DNA of 64,000 nucleotides from an uncultured Gemmatimonadaceae bacterium (GTDB lineage Bacteria > Gemmatimonadota > Gemmatimonadetes > Gemmatimonadales > Gemmatimonadaceae), in contig CAVXGK010000002.1 of NCBI GenBank assembly GCA_963761305.1, positions 3,355,431-3,419,430 on the forward strand. The letters are read 5' to 3'. A model generated the notes under the pieces. That model saw only the letters and a list, made by a program, of their open reading frames with translations. It did not search any database and was not told where the DNA came from. The stretch's first letter is position 1. The number at the start of each line of letters is the position of its first letter. A program made the position numbers and the translations under genes. This document shows, in pieces, positions 41,307 through 52,295 of this stretch.

Positions 41307-41484
41307 CACGCGCCCGAGCCGCCCGGGGTCGTTCCGCGCGACCGCTTGCAGTATTGCCGATACTGCCTGGCAATACTGCAACGGCTCGCGCTCCAGACCC
41401 CGGGCCGTCTCGGGCGCTGCCTCCGTGTGCGCGCGGTGCTCGGCCTAGTCGAAACCGCGCGCCGCGCGCTCACCCCGAGCCCCC
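41307..41484 (+). repeat. hairpin element copy 14 (arm A plus terminal CACCCCGAGCCC of arm B)
   Basis: Arm A 41307-41423; B-end remnant 41471-41484. Confidence 0.9.
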
Positions 41485-41505
41485 ACCGTCCACGACGACC
41501 GGAGG

Positions 41506-43200
41506 TCAAGGCTGCGCTTTTCGGCGCCTCGCCTCGAGGACTTTCACGCGATAGTCCTGGTTCATGACGTCCAGCAGCATCGCCGCCGTGTACTCGGCTT
41601 CGGCCTCTTCCCACTTGGCCAGCACCATCTCGATGTCGCCGAACGCGGCGTGATACGGGGCTTGCGAGCCGTCGAGAAGCAGGGCTTCGCGGAAGGACGA
41701 CTCGGCTTTGTCCCACTCGTGGCGGTCCATGTAGATCTGACCGCGTTTGAAGACTGTGATGGCGGCGACGCGCGCGGAATCGGATGAGGGGGCGCCGACG
41801 ACGGCGACGGCGACGCGGTCGTTGGATTGAGGCAGGACCGAGGGCGGTTTGGGAGCGGGCTTGGGCGGGGGCGGGTCCGATTTCCGGACGGGATCGCGCG
41901 GAGCGTCGCGGGTGCCACCGTCGACGAGCGACGTGACGGCGGCCGGCGAACCTTGTTGCTTGGCCTGCGGCTTCGCCGCGTTGGGGGAAGGCGGATTGGT
42001 CGGGGCCGTCGTCGCGACGACGGTGCGAGGGGGATCGGCGGACGCGTGGGCCATGAGGAGCGGCTGGCTCTCGGTGCCGTTCTTCAGGGCGAGGCGGAGC
42101 GGCGTTCCGGCGGCGAGCTTCCGCGCGAGCTCACCCTGCAGCTGATCCAGCCGGACGAATCGTTCGGCAGTCGTCGGGTGCGTCGTCGCGAACATGATCG
42201 ATTTCGGGTCCTCCTGCGCCATGCGTCGCCAGAAGTTCGGTGACGAAGCAGTCGATCGACCGGCGGCGGCGACGAGGTTGAGGCCCACGTAGTCGGCCTC
42301 ACGCTCGAAGTCCTGCGAGAACACCATGGATCCGTACTTGGCGAAATCGTTGGCGAATTCGCCCTGGGTGTTCACGCCGGCCTTCATCGCGACGATGTCG
42401 AGAACGGCGCCGAACAGGAATCCGAGCGCGACGTTCTGCTTCTGGGCGTCGACGTGGTGCATCGCGTTGTGAGCGATCTCGTGGCCGAGGATCGTCGCGA
42501 GCTCGTCGTCGTTGGTGGTGAAGCGGATGATGCCGGAGTTCACATAGACGTTGTGGCCGTCCGAGAACGCGTTCAGCGCCTGGTCTCTGACGAAGACGAC
42601 GTTGTAGTTGCAGACCGAGTCCTTCGCCACCACCACGTCCCGGGCGCCGGCCGAGTTGTGGGTGGTGAGGAGCACGTGCGTGTCGGTGTTCGTCGACTGA
42701 TCGAGCGCCTTCTGCACGCCGCTCTCGCCGAGGGGCAGCCGGCTCCCGTTGATGGCGACGATCCGGTCGCCGCTCTTGAGACCCGCGCGGTCGGCGGGCG
42801 AGCCGCGCACGACGCCCGTGACTTGCAGCGTATCGGTGAAGCCGAGTGCGCGCGAGGCGTTCACGTACTCGGCCTTGAAGGTGGAGGCGTTGGCGAATCG
42901 GAACCCGGCGCGCGTGGTGACGGCATCCGGGCAGAGGGGCACGGCGGCTCGGAGGAGTGAGGCGGCGACCTCGTCGAGGTGGAGCTGCTGTTCTTCGCCG
43001 TAGGCGATGGCGAGCTGCGCCTGTTTGAGCTGTTCGTTCTCGATCTGCTCGTGCGTGACGGATCCGACTTGGGTCATCGGGGTCGCGCAGCCGGCGGCGG
43101 TCAGCGCACATGCGAGGGCGAGGGCGCGCGAGAGCAGCCGGCTGGGCAACGAGCCCGGTCGTGCGGGAATGGCTGCTCGATAGCGCCTGATACCCAGCAT
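41506..43200 (-). CDS. M48 family metallopeptidase lipoprotein with PDZ and C-terminal TPR
   Basis: Lipobox AAGC; GSPADRAGLKSGD; HEIAH; EREAD; THP; TPR tail. Confidence 0.9.
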   Translation of the reverse strand: MLGIRRYRAAIPARPGSLPSRLLSRALALACALTAAGCATPMTQVGSVTHEQIENEQLKQAQLAIAYGEEQQLHLDEVAASLLRAAVPLCPDAVTTRAGFRFANASTFKAEYVNASRALGFTDTLQVTGVVRGSPADRAGLKSGDRIVAINGSRLPLGESGVQKALDQSTNTDTHVLLTTHNSAGARDVVVAKDSVCNYNVVFVRDQALNAFSDGHNVYVNSGIIRFTTNDDELATILGHEIAHNAMHHVDAQKQNVALGFLFGAVLDIVAMKAGVNTQGEFANDFAKYGSMVFSQDFEREADYVGLNLVAAAGRSTASSPNFWRRMAQEDPKSIMFATTHPTTAERFVRLDQLQGELARKLAAGTPLRLALKNGTESQPLLMAHASADPPRTVVATTAPTNPPSPNAAKPQAKQQGSPAAVTSLVDGGTRDAPRDPVRKSDPPPPKPAPKPPSVLPQSNDRVAVAVVGAPSSDSARVAAITVFKRGQIYMDRHEWDKAESSFREALLLDGSQAPYHAAFGDIEMVLAKWEEAEAEYTAAMLLDVMNQDYRVKVLEARRRKAQP

Positions 43201-43425
43201 GGCAATTCGAATTTGTAGTTCAACGGACGGTCGCGCCAGCGGAAGGCGAAATGCGCAGTAGGCGCGGTGACTGAGGGGTCAGCAATCCGACACTAGCCTC
43301 TAACTCATTAAAGGCGTTGTCAAGATTCCTCAACTAGACCGCGGGCTCTGGCCTGCAACATTCGCGGCACGGGATGCGGACCGCTATCATCACGTCACCC
43401 AGAATCCTTCGGACGGACGACTAAG

Positions 43426-44114
43426 ATGCCCAGAATGTGGGATTCGCCGCTGTACACCGTGAAAACGTCGTTGGGCAAGGAAGTGACAATTGACGTCACT
43501 AGCTCGGTGTCGCCAGGTCTGCCGCCGCATGGGGCGCTGCGCTCGAAAGTCATACCCTTTCTTCAATCCCGGGGCGTTCGAAGCATCCTCGACTTCGGGT
43601 GCGGATCCTTGAGGCACGCTTTCCCACTTCTAGAAGCCGGTTTTGAAGCTGCGCAGTCGAATTCGAGGAGTGTTTTGCTCGGCCGCATTGCAGCGTGTAC
43701 ATGGAAGAGGCGCGAAAGGACGCCAATTTCTCGGCGCTCGTTTGGCCCGGCGATTTCGTCTCGAACAAACGCCGCTTTGATGCAGCACTGCTGTGCTACG
43801 TTCTCCAGGTGATGCCAGTGCCGACAGAGCGAATGCAGGTGCTAAAACACATCGCCCAAAAACTTAAGAAGGAATCATACCTTCTCTATATGTCCCGATT
43901 CAATCAAGTGGCTCCGGAGGATGGCAAGCATCGGATCAACGATGGATTCTACAGATGGCCAGACCGTGAGATTCATCATTCTACCGGGAATTCACAACGG
44001 ATGAGACGCACGAGATGATGGAAGCACGTGGCCTCCGGCGAATACGCTGCGCTGGGGACAAGGGGTTCGGAACAGGTGTTTCTGTACGCTAAGGGAAGCG
44101 GAACGTGGGTGTGA
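43426..44114 (+). CDS. class I SAM-dependent methyltransferase (frameshifted)
   Basis: ILDFGCGSLR, FDAALLCYVLQV; pieces in several frames. Confidence 0.75.
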
Positions 44115-44626
44115 ACCTTGACGACGATAAGCTCAGATCGCGGCCAGACGAGGCGGCCGTTGCCGCGCTTGAGCTGATGAAACAGCTTATCACTTTGTCG
44201 TCTGGCGTTTTGGCGTTGAGTGCGGCGTTCCTTGACAAATTTCGTGGGAACGGCGTTGAATATCGTGCTCTCTTGATGATGTCTTGGGTCCTGCTGGTCG
44301 TTTCAATTGTCTCCGCGCTCGACAGCATTTCTGCGATTGTGAAGTCGCGTCTGAAACCGGAGTTTCCTTGGCACTCCGGACGCGGGCAATCTGCCGCTCG
44401 AATCAGCAAGTGGAGCTTCGTGGCAGGCATCGCGTCTTTCGCATTGTCGGCGTTTGTCGCGGAGCTTTCGGCAGTTGGACCCAGCGCGGATAGTGGCGTT
44501 GGCAATCGCATCACCATTCTTAGTTCGCCCGTCTTGTACGACTCAACACTCGGCACCGGATGCCTGGGTCGCTGTTCAAATCCGCACCCGTTGCCGTGCA
44601 AACGGCAGAGGGTGAACGCTAAGTGA
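44105..44626 (+). CDS. small multi-TM hypothetical protein
   Basis: KQLITLSSGVLALS plus three hydrophobic helices. Confidence 0.65.
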   Translation: MGVNLDDDKLRSRPDEAAVAALELMKQLITLSSGVLALSAAFLDKFRGNGVEYRALLMMSWVLLVVSIVSALDSISAIVKSRLKPEFPWHSGRGQSAARISKWSFVAGIASFALSAFVAELSAVGPSADSGVGNRITILSSPVLYDSTLGTGCLGRCSNPHPLPCKRQRVNAK

Positions 44627-44851
44627 TTTCTCGAAGTCGGCGGCGCGACTGGCAGCTCCGATGTCCGGGTCCACCGAAAACCGGCGCAGCGACAATCGGC
44701 AGCTCGTACCGCTTGATCCTCAGACCTCTTCTAGGCTCGCGCTTCAGAATAAATTCGGCCGCGAGCAGCAAAATGCTCGTCCGCGATCACGCCGAGCACT
44801 TGGGACGGTGGGGTTCTCTGAGAAATGGCCGGATTTCGCTGAGGGCCGCTG

Positions 44852-46606
44852 ATGGGTAATCCGTTCTTCGATCATCCCATCCTCAACTCGCCCTACGAGT
44901 ACCCAGCCCGTCACTGGGAGCTCGATCGCGACGGCCAGCCAACGCAGAGGGTCCTCGACACCCGTCGTTCGGTCAGCCTCATCACTCCGATTCCTCGGCC
45001 GCGCAAGAGAAAAGGCGCAGTCGACCAAACGAAGCTCGTCTTCGACGAAGGCGCCGGAGTCTCGTCGGCCGGCCAGCAGTACGACCCAACGCCGGTCATC
45101 AACGAACTGCGTCACCGCGTGGACCACTGGCGCGCTATTCCCGAACCCGACGTCACTGGCAGCGTCACGCCGGAAACCGCTCGGCTGCTTCAGCATTGGC
45201 GCCAGCACGACTTCGCCGGGATTCGCCCGTTCTTCTGCCAGATCGAGGCCGTCGAAACGGCCATCTGGCTGACCGAGGTCGCACCACAATCGGGAAGGCG
45301 GCAAGCGGTTCCTCGACCACCTGACGAACGCGAACAACGACGCGAACCCGGAGCTGATCGCGGCTCGCGCTCAAGCTCGCGACCGGCGCCGGTAAGACGA
45401 CCGTAATGGCGATGCTCATCGCGTGGCAGACGATCAACGCGGTCCGCCGTCCGCAGAGCAAGCGCTTCACGCGCGGTTTTCTCGTCGTGCACGCCTGGCC
45501 TCACGATCAAGGATCGTCTGCGCGTTCTCCAACCGAACGATCCCGACAACTATTACGCGACCCGCGAGCTCGTCCCGAGCGACATGCTCGAGGACGTGGA
45601 CCGCGCCAAGATCGTCATCACCAACTACCACGCGTTCAAGCTCCGCGAGCGCATCGAGCTGTCGAAGGGCGGCCGCTCACTGCTTCAAGGGCGCACGGCG
45701 ACGAGCTCGACACGCTCGAGACCGAAGGCCAGATGATCCAGCGCGTCATGCCGGATCTGATGGGCATCAAGAACATCCTCGTCATCAACGACGAGGCGCA
45801 CCATTGCTACCGCGAGAAGCCCGACGACGGACGAGGAAGACCTGAAGGGCGACGAGAAAAAGGAGGCCGAGAAGAACAACGAGGCCGCGCGCCTCTGGAT
45901 CTCCGGCCTCGAAGCCGTCAACCGCAAGCTCGGCGTCGCGCGCGTGATCGACCTCTCGGCCACGCCGTTCTTCCTGCGCGGCTCAGGGTATGCCGAGGGC
46001 ACGCTATTCCCCTGGACGATGAGCGACTTCTCGCTCATGGATGCCATCGAGTGCGGGATCGTCAAGCTGCCGCGCGTGCCGGTCGCCGACAACATCTCGG
46101 GCGACGAGATGCCGATGTTCCGCAATCTCTGGGAGAACATCCGCAAGGAGATGCCGAAGAAGGGGCGCGGCAAGGGCGAGGGACTCGATCCGCTCACGCT
46201 CCCCACGCGGCTCCAGACCGCGCTCGAAGCGCTTTACGGCCACTATGAAAAGACGTTCGAGCTCTGGCAGGAAAGGAAGATCGGCGTGCCGCCGTGCTTC
46301 ATCATCGTCTGCCAGAACACCGCGATCTCGAAGCTCGTCTACGACTACATCTCCGGCTTCGACCGCACCAATCCCGACGGCTCGGTCACGCGTGAGAACG
46401 GGCGCCTCGCACTGTTCCGCAACTTCGACGAATACGACAATCCTCTCCCTCGCCCGAACACGCTTCTCGTCGACAGCGAGCAGCTCGAGGAGGTTTACAA
46501 CACTGAGCGAAATCTGTTATACGTGGCGTGCACGCGAGCGCGGGACCAGTTGATGGTGAGCGGGGCTGAGCCAGTGTCTGAGTTCTTGGAGGACCTACGA
46601 GGGTAG
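44852..46606 (+). pseudogene. Type III restriction Res subunit (BPTD_3080-like) N-terminal part fused to a UvrD-helicase C-terminus
   Basis: PILNSPY, RPFFCQ.EA.ET, ATGAGKT, DEAHH, LSATP; then switches at LLVDSEQLE|EVYNTERNLLYVACTRARD. Confidence 0.85.
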
Positions 46607-46694
46607 CGCCGGCGCCATCTCTCACCAGAGGTCGACCGTTTCGTCATGATTGGGGGAGCGTTCACCAAAAACGATATTGGAACGAGACAACGCC

Positions 46695-47165
46695 ATGAAA
46701 CTGCAAGTGCAGTGGGGCCGCCCGCTAAAGCTTCGAGATGGGTCGAAGCAGAATCTGATCTACGCCCTTGACCTGTCCAAGCTTCCGCAAGCATCCGGGA
46801 TCTATATATTCGGCCGCCGCTGGGGCGCGGATTTCGAGGCACTCTATATCGGCAAGGCGAACAAGATCCGCGGGCGGGTGAAGAATCAGCTAAACAATCT
46901 TCGCTTAATGCAGCACATGCGGAACGCGAAGAGTGGAACGCGGATCGTATTGCCGGGCCGTCTCGTGACAAAACCGGGTCAGCGCCTCGAAAAGAGCATG
47001 CTCCTCGTTGAACGAGGCCTCATTCGATACTTCCTATCAGAAGGCCACGATTTGGTGAATAAGCAGGGAACCCGTCTGCGGCGCCATGAGGTTCTGTCTG
47101 ACGGAAACCACCCGAAGCGATTTATTCCACGCCAGATGTTCGTCGAGAAGGGGCGAGGCGACTAG
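46695..47165 (+). CDS. GIY-YIG-like nuclease
   Basis: SGIYIF...LYIGKA..IRGR..E..LI..N. Confidence 0.75.
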   Translation: MKLQVQWGRPLKLRDGSKQNLIYALDLSKLPQASGIYIFGRRWGADFEALYIGKANKIRGRVKNQLNNLRLMQHMRNAKSGTRIVLPGRLVTKPGQRLEKSMLLVERGLIRYFLSEGHDLVNKQGTRLRRHEVLSDGNHPKRFIPRQMFVEKGRGD

Positions 47166-47574
47166 TCCGGCGCTGGCAGAACGCGCCAAACGGGACGAGC
47201 CAATCGCGTGTCCGTTCAATTTGTGTAGCATCGGTTGGCTCGCGGCCAGAGCGGACATCCGTCGGAGCCTGCGAGAAGCCAACCACGATGGCGCTCACGC
47301 GTGCCGTGTTGACTCCCCCTGGTGCTGGCCATCGGCGCCGACGCCACCAAGGCCGAAGCTCGTTACAACTTCCGCGAACGGCTCATGGCCGCTCGTTCCT
47401 TGGCCTAGAGTTCGGCCGGAGGGCCGCCGAAACGAGTGGGGTTTGGGTCGCCCGTGCACAACTTGCCCGCCTAGCGCGGGATCGCGGCCAGCCCTACGTT
47501 CTCTGCCTTGCCTTTGAAGACGATCTTTAATGTTTCGTCACCTTAGACCTGCTGACACGCGAGTGGAGTAACCG

Positions 47575-48228
47575 ATGCAGATTCCGTTTGGTGCTGAGAG
47601 TTTCGCCAACAATCCGGATCCGCGATGCCCATGCGTTCTGCTTCTTGACGTATCCGGTTCGATGAGCGGAGAGCCGATTCGCCAACTGAATGATGGGCTC
47701 AATCAGTTTCGTAACGAGCTGGTTTCTGATGGCCTCGCCGCTCGACGGTCCGAGATTGCGATCGTCACCTTCGGGCCGGTCAACGTCGTCTCGGATTTTG
47801 TCGGCGCTGAGGCGTTCCTGCCGCCAGTTCTTCAGCCGCAAGGGGACACACCGATGGGGGCGGCGATTCTTCAGGCGGTCCAGCTTGTTCAGAACAGAAA
47901 GAAGGTCTACCAGGACAACGGGATCCTCTACTTTCGGCCCTGGATTTTCTTGATCACAGACGGCGCTCCAACCGACGATTGGCAATCTGCCGCGATGGTT
48001 GTCCGGGAGGCGGAGGCGGCGAACAAGTTTGCTTTTTTCGCGGTTGGCGTTCAGACCGCCAATATGGAAATACTGAGGCAGATATCAACGCGCGAACCTC
48101 TTAAGCTCGATGGATTGAGGTTCCGTGACTTGTTCGCGTGGCTGTCCTCATCGATGAAGCTCGTATCTGCGTCGACACCCGGCACGGCCGTCGCCCTTGC
48201 GCCGCCGAGCGGGTGGGCGGCCGTCTAG
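47575..48228 (+). CDS. TerY/YegL-like vWA protein
   Basis: [32 protein letters not shown]. Confidence 0.95.
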   Translation: MQIPFGAESFANNPDPRCPCVLLLDVSGSMSGEPIRQLNDGLNQFRNELVSDGLAARRSEIAIVTFGPVNVVSDFVGAEAFLPPVLQPQGDTPMGAAILQAVQLVQNRKKVYQDNGILYFRPWIFLITDGAPTDDWQSAAMVVREAEAANKFAFFAVGVQTANMEILRQISTREPLKLDGLRFRDLFAWLSSSMKLVSASTPGTAVALAPPSGWAAV

Positions 48229-48252
48229 CCGGCGGCTCGTCCGAGTTTTCGC

Positions 48253-49094
48253 GTGAACGAACCCGTCGGCGACGTGCCGGGGGCAAACACCGCAGGTGCG
48301 TGGCGAACTATCGCCGCATCTGTGACCGGCTCATCGCACGCAGAAAACAGCAGAATCTGCCAGGATAGCCATTCGGCCACCGTTGTTTCGCTCGGTGACG
48401 ACCGCGAAGCTCTAATCGCGGTAGTGTCCGACGGCGCCGGCTCATCGCGTCTGAGTGGTCAAGGGAGCAGAGTCGCCTGCGACGCGGCCATTGATATCGT
48501 GACTCGCTACGTAGGCAAGGATCCAACTCTCAAACTGGTGAGCGACGACACAGTTCATCGTTGGTTTGACCGCTGTGCGCAAAGCGTACTCAATCGCGCC
48601 ACCGCTATAGGTGAACCAGTCAGGGAGCTCGCGTGCACGCTCCTACTCGCGGTCGTTACGAACGAACGGGCTGTCTTTGGCCAAATAGGGGATGGAGCGA
48701 TCGTCGTTGGCCGGAACGGCGCGTTATCGGCCGTTTTTTGGCCGCAACATGGAGAGTTTGCCAATACAACCCGCTTCCTAACCGACACCGCGGATTTGGC
48801 CGACTTAATGACCCGGGTATCTGACGAGGCCATCGACGAGATCGCGGTCTTTTCAGACGGTCTTGAGACTCTGGCGCTGCAGCTAGACACTCGCGCGCCA
48901 CACCTACCTTTTTTTGCCCGATGTTCGCGGCCATGCGGGCACGTGAAGACACGGAAGGTCTCGAAGGAGCTCTCGAGGATTTCCTAGGCTCCGCGGCTGT
49001 TCGCGATCGAACGGACGACGACCTCACCCTTGCTCTTGGGACTCGGCAAACAGGCGCCGTTGAGCCGCCTGCCCGAGAGCCAGGCGGCGTGTAG
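48253..49094 (+). CDS. PP2C-like phosphatase, YegK-like (frameshift in poly-T near 48915)
   Basis: SVTGSSH..CQD, SDGAGS, QIGDG, FSDGLE, RTDDDLT. Confidence 0.9.
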
Positions 49095-49103
49095 CGCACG
49101 ACG

Positions 49104-51062
49104 ATGACTCTGTTTGTCGATGACTGTCAGCGCCCCGTCAGCCTCGGCCGCGAGCTGGGGCGCGGAGGTGAGGGAGCTGTCTACGATATTGCCGGTTCGT
49201 CTGGCCTAGTTGCGAAGATCTATGCGGCGGCACCCGATGGCGAGCATGTGGCTAAGCTGCATGCACTCATTTCCCAAAACTCGCCGGCCGTTGAGGCGGT
49301 TTGCGCATGGCCGAGGTGGTTACTTTGGCGGCGAGGGCTCGCCAGTCCAGCGGGCTTCGCGATGCGAAAGGTCGAACAGACCGAGCCCCTCGACAGCTTG
49401 ATCTCGCCGTCGCAGCGCCGCCAGACTTTTCCTGGTGCCGACTGGCGTTTCGTGGTGCGAGCCGCGCGCAACCTAGCTGAAGCGGTCAATGAACTGCACA
49501 ACAACCGCGTCATCATCGGCGACTTGAACGAAACGAACGTGCGAGTCGGAAGGGACGCAATGGTCAGGTTCATCGATTGTGACTCGTTTCAAGTGGCTGA
49601 CGGAACTCGAGTGTTCAGATCTCCGGTGGCCAGCCTTCTGTATTGTGCGCCTGAGTTGCAGGGAATTGATGTCAGTCGAGTGAATCGGACAGCGGATCAC
49701 GATGCATTTTCACTCGCCGTCCTGATCTTCAGGCTCTTGTTTCTCGGCAGACACCCATTCGCTGGACGACAGACGAGTGGCGGAGACCAGCCCGATATTC
49801 AGCAATTGATCGCCCAGTACAAGTTCGCATTTGGCGCTGCCGCATCGCGGCACAACGTGACGCCGCCGCCAGATGCTCTGCGGCTCACACAAATCCCAAA
49901 CTCCGTAAGCCAGCTCTTCGAACGGGCTTTTGCACCTCGGGGTTCTTCCAATCCCTCTCGCCCGACCGCAGCAGAATGGGGTGCTGCGTTGGCCGGTTTA
50001 GAGCACGCGCTGGTGCGATGCCAGGTTGTGAGCCTTCACTGGTATCCAAGAGCGGCCGTAAGCTGCCCCTGGTGTGCGATCGAGAGCTCGGCAGGAGTGT
50101 CGCTCTTTTCGCCGGATACGTCTGCGGCTGCCGGCGATCGCCGCGCGGGACTTGGGGATTTCGATGTTCAGCGAATCTGGGGGGCGATTTCAGCGGTAAT
50201 GGAGCCTCGCACTGGCCAGGACTGCTTCCCCGATCCGCCTGAACTCGCCGAATATCAAGACGGGGTTATCAAGGCCGGCTCCGTCGCAATCTCCCGCGTT
50301 TCCGGAGTCGTGATCATCGGCGGAATCATCGCATTGATGGTCGCCGTCGGCGAGCAAAGGCAACAGGACGGTGCGTATGCGATGGCGACGATCGCCGGCG
50401 GGTTTGTCTTGCGCCTGATGTCGAAGTTGCTCCCGGCGATGGTGCCAGTTTTCGGGGGACCGCGCGGCAAAGCGGCGCGCGATTTACGACGTGCGCTCAA
50501 CACGGCACGCTCAGAGGTCAGTGCATCCCGCGTCGAATTCCTGCGGGCCAAGCAAAGGCTAGCTGGGCAGCGGGACGACTACCTTCGATTGCGTGGGGAA
50601 TACGAAAAGCGGCTTGAATCGTTGCGTGCCGAGTCCAAGGCGGTGCAGCTAAGAGCGCATCTCGCACGGTTCTCGGTCAGGGCAGCCAATGTCCAGGGCC
50701 TAGGCCAATCCTTGGTCCGAGCTCTGGAATCATACGGCATCGATTCGGCAGACGATATCGACTACAACCGCGTGCAAGTCGTCCGCGGTATTGGCCCGAA
50801 GCGTGCGCGCTCGCTTGTCCTTTGGCAACAGGTGTGTGCGTCGTCATTCCGTTTCGATGCTCAACGCGCAATCGAGCCGCTCACCTTGTCGCGTCTCGTA
50901 CGCGACTTCTCACCCCAGCACGAGGCGTTAGTCAAGGCACTCTCTGCGGGGCCGCAACAGCTACAAATTGCGACGACGGGCGTCGACAGGCTAATAGCCG
51001 ATCGATCTATTCCTCTGAAAGGCCTCGCTGCCCGCCTCGGTACGCTAATGCGTGTTCATTAA
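49104..51062 (+). CDS. YegI-like protein kinase with TM segments and helix-hairpin-helix
   Basis: GRGGEGAVY, AKIY, GDLNETN, IDCDSFQ, HPF, CPWC, VRGIGPKR. Confidence 0.9.
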   Translation: MTLFVDDCQRPVSLGRELGRGGEGAVYDIAGSSGLVAKIYAAAPDGEHVAKLHALISQNSPAVEAVCAWPRWLLWRRGLASPAGFAMRKVEQTEPLDSLISPSQRRQTFPGADWRFVVRAARNLAEAVNELHNNRVIIGDLNETNVRVGRDAMVRFIDCDSFQVADGTRVFRSPVASLLYCAPELQGIDVSRVNRTADHDAFSLAVLIFRLLFLGRHPFAGRQTSGGDQPDIQQLIAQYKFAFGAAASRHNVTPPPDALRLTQIPNSVSQLFERAFAPRGSSNPSRPTAAEWGAALAGLEHALVRCQVVSLHWYPRAAVSCPWCAIESSAGVSLFSPDTSAAAGDRRAGLGDFDVQRIWGAISAVMEPRTGQDCFPDPPELAEYQDGVIKAGSVAISRVSGVVIIGGIIALMVAVGEQRQQDGAYAMATIAGGFVLRLMSKLLPAMVPVFGGPRGKAARDLRRALNTARSEVSASRVEFLRAKQRLAGQRDDYLRLRGEYEKRLESLRAESKAVQLRAHLARFSVRAANVQGLGQSLVRALESYGIDSADDIDYNRVQVVRGIGPKRARSLVLWQQVCASSFRFDAQRAIEPLTLSRLVRDFSPQHEALVKALSAGPQQLQIATTGVDRLIADRSIPLKGLAARLGTLMRVH

Positions 51063-51100
51063 ACTGTGGCGAGAACCGCGGCATCTGGGGCGGAAGATTA

Positions 51101-51505
51101 TCAGCGCGTTGCGCGCCACGTAAGCCACGCAAGCACCGGAGCGCCGATCCAGAAAGCGATCTGAAGTCCGGCAAGGCCGATAGCCGCAATAGCCACCCAC
51201 ATCACGATCAAAGCAACAAGCCGGCCGGTCTTTGAGCCGGGTGGTGCTGGCAGGGCTTGGACACTCGGCTGAACTGCGTGCGGAGTCGGAACTCCCGCTG
51301 TGGGCTGGTTGGCCGACGCGTGCCAAGCCGTGTGCGTCGAGTACGACATCCCTGAACCGGGGACACCGACTGTGGTTCTCACGCCGGTCTTTGACAGGTT
51401 GACAGTAGCGCCCGACTTCCCAAGGGAAACGCTCGCTCCGCGCTTTCCCAGGTTCACGCGAATTCCTGGAAAAAGTCGGATCGATTTTCGAAACCGGAAT
51501 CCCAT
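51101..51505 (-). CDS. DUF4236 domain membrane protein
   Basis: MGFRFRKSIRLFPGIRVNLGK..TVGVPGSGMSY. Confidence 0.9.
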   Translation of the reverse strand: MGFRFRKSIRLFPGIRVNLGKRGASVSLGKSGATVNLSKTGVRTTVGVPGSGMSYSTHTAWHASANQPTAGVPTPHAVQPSVQALPAPPGSKTGRLVALIVMWVAIAAIGLAGLQIAFWIGAPVLAWLTWRATR

Positions 51506-51551
51506 GATGTCCCCGCGAAGAGAGGCAGAAATCTAGGTTGCGGGCGCAGAA

Positions 51552-52160
51552 TCAAGCAGCGCTGGTCCGGCGCGACTGGTAGCGATCGAGGAGACGATAC
51601 CACTGATCAATCGCGTCAAGTCTCTGGATGGCCTCCGCTCGTTCTGACTCATCGGCTGAGCCTGTGCGTGCCTCAATCGCGCGAACCGTACGTTCGAGAG
51701 CCGGCTGCGCGAGCAGAAGCAGTTGGTCGAAGCTCAGGCCAAACGCAGTTTGAACCTCGACCAGGTATCGATCCTCAAATTCCTCGATCACGCCATCGTC
51801 GAGGACCCGGTCCAGAACACGGCGGACAATGTCCACAACTTCGTCGCGACGGCGGCGCACGAATTCGTCTTCTTCGATGTGCAGCGCCATCCGTAGCAGC
51901 CTTACGTCTGAGGGATCAAGTTGTCCCGGCGGGGATGCCTCAAGCCGATTGACTGCGTATTCGAGGACGAGATCGAGCAGAGAGTCTCGGAACGCAGTGT
52001 TATCCGTGAGATCATGGCGCGTCAGAATTTCTACGAAAATCGACGCCTCGAAGCTGCCCTCAGCCAGCCACCGTGCCACTTCACCGACAGGGCCGCTATC
52101 GCCGTTGCGCTCGAGCCACTCATGAAAGAATGTGGCTATCGCATCAAGATCGAGGGTCAT
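51552..52160 (-). CDS. hypothetical helical protein (TerB-like motif)
   Basis: LDDGVIEEFEDRYL..AFGLS resembles the TerB metal-binding helix pair. Confidence 0.55.
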   Translation of the reverse strand: MTLDLDAIATFFHEWLERNGDSGPVGEVARWLAEGSFEASIFVEILTRHDLTDNTAFRDSLLDLVLEYAVNRLEASPPGQLDPSDVRLLRMALHIEEDEFVRRRRDEVVDIVRRVLDRVLDDGVIEEFEDRYLVEVQTAFGLSFDQLLLLAQPALERTVRAIEARTGSADESERAEAIQRLDAIDQWYRLLDRYQSRRTSAA

Positions 52161-52295
52161 CGGGTTCGACCGGACGGTGTTCCTAGAATGTGATTAGGCG
52201 CATCCAATATGAGGCGGTCGGCGTCTGTCCGCGAGCAGCGGTCGAGCTAGAGCCTCAGGTCAGCATCGCCACATGCACATCGAACAGTTTCGCCC

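Noticed and set aside
11479..41484. Recurrent ORFs containing QYCRYCRQYC / AVLPILPAILQ as a Cys-rich peptide family
   Set aside because: They are translations of the palindromic repeat in varying frames with no consistent start or stop; conservation follows base pairing, not codons.
11479..41484. Hairpin elements as attC sites of a superintegron
   Set aside because: No RYYYAAC/GTTRRRY boxes and no intI; intervening genes are in both orientations and include housekeeping pgm.
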